Origin: Macrostomum lignano
Lineage: Eukaryota
Assembly (NCBI GenBank): GCA_002269645.1
Contig: NIVC01003192.1
Location: 49,131-113,130, forward strand
Direction: 5' to 3'
DNA length: 64,000 nucleotides
Shown: piece by piece, positions 61,426-64,000 of the stretch
How positions within the stretch are numbered: the first letter of the stretch is position 1
Layout: each line of letters opens with the position of its first letter
The notes under the pieces: generated by a model
The model's input: only the letters and a program-made list of their open reading frames with translations
The model's database searches: none
Told to the model about the DNA's origin: nothing
Translations under genes and position numbers: made by a program

Positions 61426-61493
61426 AAGGCTAAGTTTATTCTCTGAAACCATCAGCCCCCGTTGCATGGGGAGTTCGCTATAAGATTTTATCG

Positions 61494-61785
61494 GCTTTCA
61501 AAAAGCTGGCCGCTTTGCATTTCTTGCTGTGGCTTCCCGCTCTTAGTGGCGGGATTGATCCTTAGTTCAATGCTGCAAAAGACCGCTGTGCACTGTTTAC
61601 TGTGCTGTGGAATTTGTTTTGCTCTGCAAAGTGAACTATGGATTAACCCCCTGAACGGTGTTCGGCCTCTTCGTGGCTCAGGGGATCCACGATTCACTTT
61701 TAGAATCGGCTAACTGAGCACCATTTTTTCTTGTTCATTTTTCTTTTATACTTCTGTTAACAATTTTAGATATTTGCTTCACTGA
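61494..61785 (+). repeat. 292-bp direct repeat, copy 2
   Basis: Appears identical to 57514-57805. Confidence 0.95.
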
Positions 61786-61909
61786 CCTACATGTATATTA
61801 TCTTATAAATGGCTTTTGCTTCTATTTCAGATACTGCTGGTCTAGATATGGTGCATTAGTGCAAATGTGCCATGGTCTGTTTGCTACATGATGCAAAAAC
61901 TTATCACAA

Positions 61910-63450
61910 CAACAGTCCCCGCGTGTCCTAGTTTGACCCATAACAGCTCCGTGTCCTCAATTGACCCTCAACAGTCCCGTGTCCTCATTTGACCCCTAAC
62001 AGTCCTGTGTCCTCATTTTACCCTTATAGTTCTGTGTTCTCATTCGACCTCTAAGAGACCTTTTGTGTCCTTTAACCTCTAGAAGTCCTGTGTCCTTGTT
62101 TGCCGCCTAACAGTCTCTTGTCATTTCTTTCGCCCCCAGAGATTCGGCAGCACTACGAGAAACGCCTGCATCGTGTGGACGACCTCCAGATGGACCTGAC
62201 CAATCTTCGCATGCAGCTGCAATTGCAGGTCCTTGCGGAGCGCGATCGTTCGGCTAAACTGCGCTTCATCATTCGGCGCCGCTGTTGCCGCGCCTGCCAG
62301 CAGAGCCTTCGAGTCGAGCCGTCTGCTCTCGCCAGCAGCTGTCGGCAGCCGTTGTCTTGGACCAGCCTCTACTCGACGCCACGGCCGCAGCCGCCGTCGC
62401 CGCTGCCGCGTCGATGGCCACCGACTCTTTAACAACAACTCTGCCGCAGCAGTCTTCGACGGAGCAGGCGTCGTCCATGTCGCCCAGTCTTGGCGATCTC
62501 GGCGGCCGACCCAGGCGGGCCAATCGGCGACTGTCAAAGGCGCTGACGCTGCCGCCTTGTTCCGACGGGGTGGTGCGCCGCCTCCGCCGCCGCCGTCACA
62601 ACTGTTGGCCAGGTAAGGACAGTTGACCCCTGCGCACTTTTTTTGCCCCAAATAACCTCTGTCTTCAATGACCCCACGGTAGATGTTTGCCCTCAAATGA
62701 TCTTTACGTATATTAGTTTGTCCTCAAATGACCTCCAGATAGATTCTGTCCTCAAATGACCCCTGGGTAGACTTTTGTCCTCAACTGACCCCAGGGTTGA
62801 TTTTTGTCCTGAAATGACCTCTGCTTAGAATTATTGTCCTCATTTGACCCCTTTCCTATTCTTATCTCTCGCGCAGAGACGCCTGAGTGCAGGGGAGCCG
62901 CAGCTGCGCGCCCGTTCCGGCCGTCGGCGATACCCGGCATCGGGAGCGACCGGCTCTGACAGCCAGCAGCAGCAGCAGAAGCAGACGGTGGTGGCTAGAA
63001 AAATTTATTTGCCACTGGCGAATACTACCGGCGCTGCTGTGTTAGGCAGCAATACTATGGGTAGTAGGACTGCTGCTAACGCTGCTGCCGCTACAACCGC
63101 CTTCGATGTGGCCGCTTGTTTAGCCGCATCGCTGGCTGGGGGCAACGACGATAGTCGAGACGGCGAGACCGACTCCCGGCTAGGCTATAATCGATCGGTG
63201 AGCTGGGAAATTTTATCAACCCATGTTAATGTATGACTCACCACTTTATATGCGTGCAACTAAACATGTGATACCGTCATGATGTTTGTGACCTTAAATG
63301 ACCAATACTCATGTCCCTAAATAACCCCTTGTCTTGTCCTACATGACCCCTGTCCGTGTCCCTAAATATCGACCTTTCATGGCATATATTTCCTCATCCT
63401 TGAATGACCTCATTTATCATCATCTCCCTGTCCTCAAATGGCCTTTCAAA
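61910..63450. repeat. Degenerate ~20-bp GTCCTCATTTGACCCC repeats in three consecutive intronic patches (about 61910-62100, 62625-62850, 63290-63450)
   Basis: The same core motif recurs only between the GC-rich exon-like blocks. Confidence 0.7.
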
Positions 63451-63591
63451 AACTCGGTCGCCACCCCTAACCTGCAGGCCTCCGCCGATCCGAAATCCGA
63501 GGACGACCTCGATCTTGATGTCAAAGTGGATAACGATGACGAAGATTACGAGGCGAATTCGACGCCACACTGTCTGGTCACCAGCAGCTGA
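62140..63591 (+). CDS. 3' exons of an unidentified host gene (coiled-coil then low-complexity); approximate exons 62140-62612, 62877-63198, 63479-63591
   Basis: GC-rich blocks with pyrimidine-rich CAG acceptors and GTAAGG/GTGAGC donors; EIRQHYEKRL...LQVLAERDR coiled-coil and acidic tail. Frames do not join cleanly, so indels or pseudogenisation are likely. Confidence 0.4.
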
Positions 63592-64000
63592 ACTCGGAGC
63601 CGAATTTCCGGCTGAATTCGTCGATTATTTAAAAACTGCACTAGCATGCGCTTGCACTACTGTCCTTAAGTAGCTAGTTGTAGCTGTTTAACTATTATCT
63701 GCGGTGTCGGTCTGTTTATGGACTTTTTCAATTTATCTGTTATTTTTCCATCCCTCACTTTTCTCTCGCTTTGGTAGTACGCTCGTAAAATATTTTTTAT
63801 CGTTTTCTTATCAGTGCCTCGTTTAATTTTACCTATAGCAGTAGATAGTGCCTACTATTGTATTTTTTCTCTTCAACTTTATTACTTTAATTGTTGGTCT
63901 TTTAACAGTTTTTTAAATTTGGTTGGGCAGACAATTTTCAGCTTAATCTTTTTTGCGGCTGTTTTTTGTAATTAGCTTGGCGTCTTATCTGTGACAAACA

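Noticed and set aside
61830-61910. Possible PHD-finger exon after repeat copy 2
   Set aside because: Stops in all frames and Cys/His spacing does not fit.

Overview
Eukaryotic (animal) genomic DNA: spliceosomal GT-AG introns, GC-rich exons in AT-rich spacers, very dense micro/minisatellites and many DNA transposons. The style suggests a free-living flatworm such as Macrostomum, but this is inference only. Host genes: a two-exon PDF/cerebrin-like neuropeptide precursor (4476-5907, -), an intronless GT-A glycosyltransferase of microbial type with a 1-nt frameshift (12341-13599, -), a TGN38/TGOLN2-like protein with a 15-aa repeat ectodomain (15029-17525, -), an FMRFamide-receptor-like GPCR (24542-25723, -), a TKL kinase with N-terminal KKDGTLDMR repeats (38914-41040, -) plus an inverted broken paralog, and 3' exons of an unidentified gene (62140-63591, +). 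Mobile DNA: hAT-like, MULE-like and foldback MITEs, Merlin, LINE and Gypsy remnants, and an 8.2-kb MULE with TIRs and TSD. The most notable locus is 54561-61785: an intact spliced KDZ-family transposase followed on the same strand by C2H2 zinc-finger ORFs and a SET8/KMT5A-like histone methyltransferase. The ZnF-SET cassette is bracketed by two apparently identical 292-bp structured direct repeats, making it a candidate transposon that carries its own chromatin-modifying enzyme. All family assignments come from motif recognition by eye; no database searches were run.
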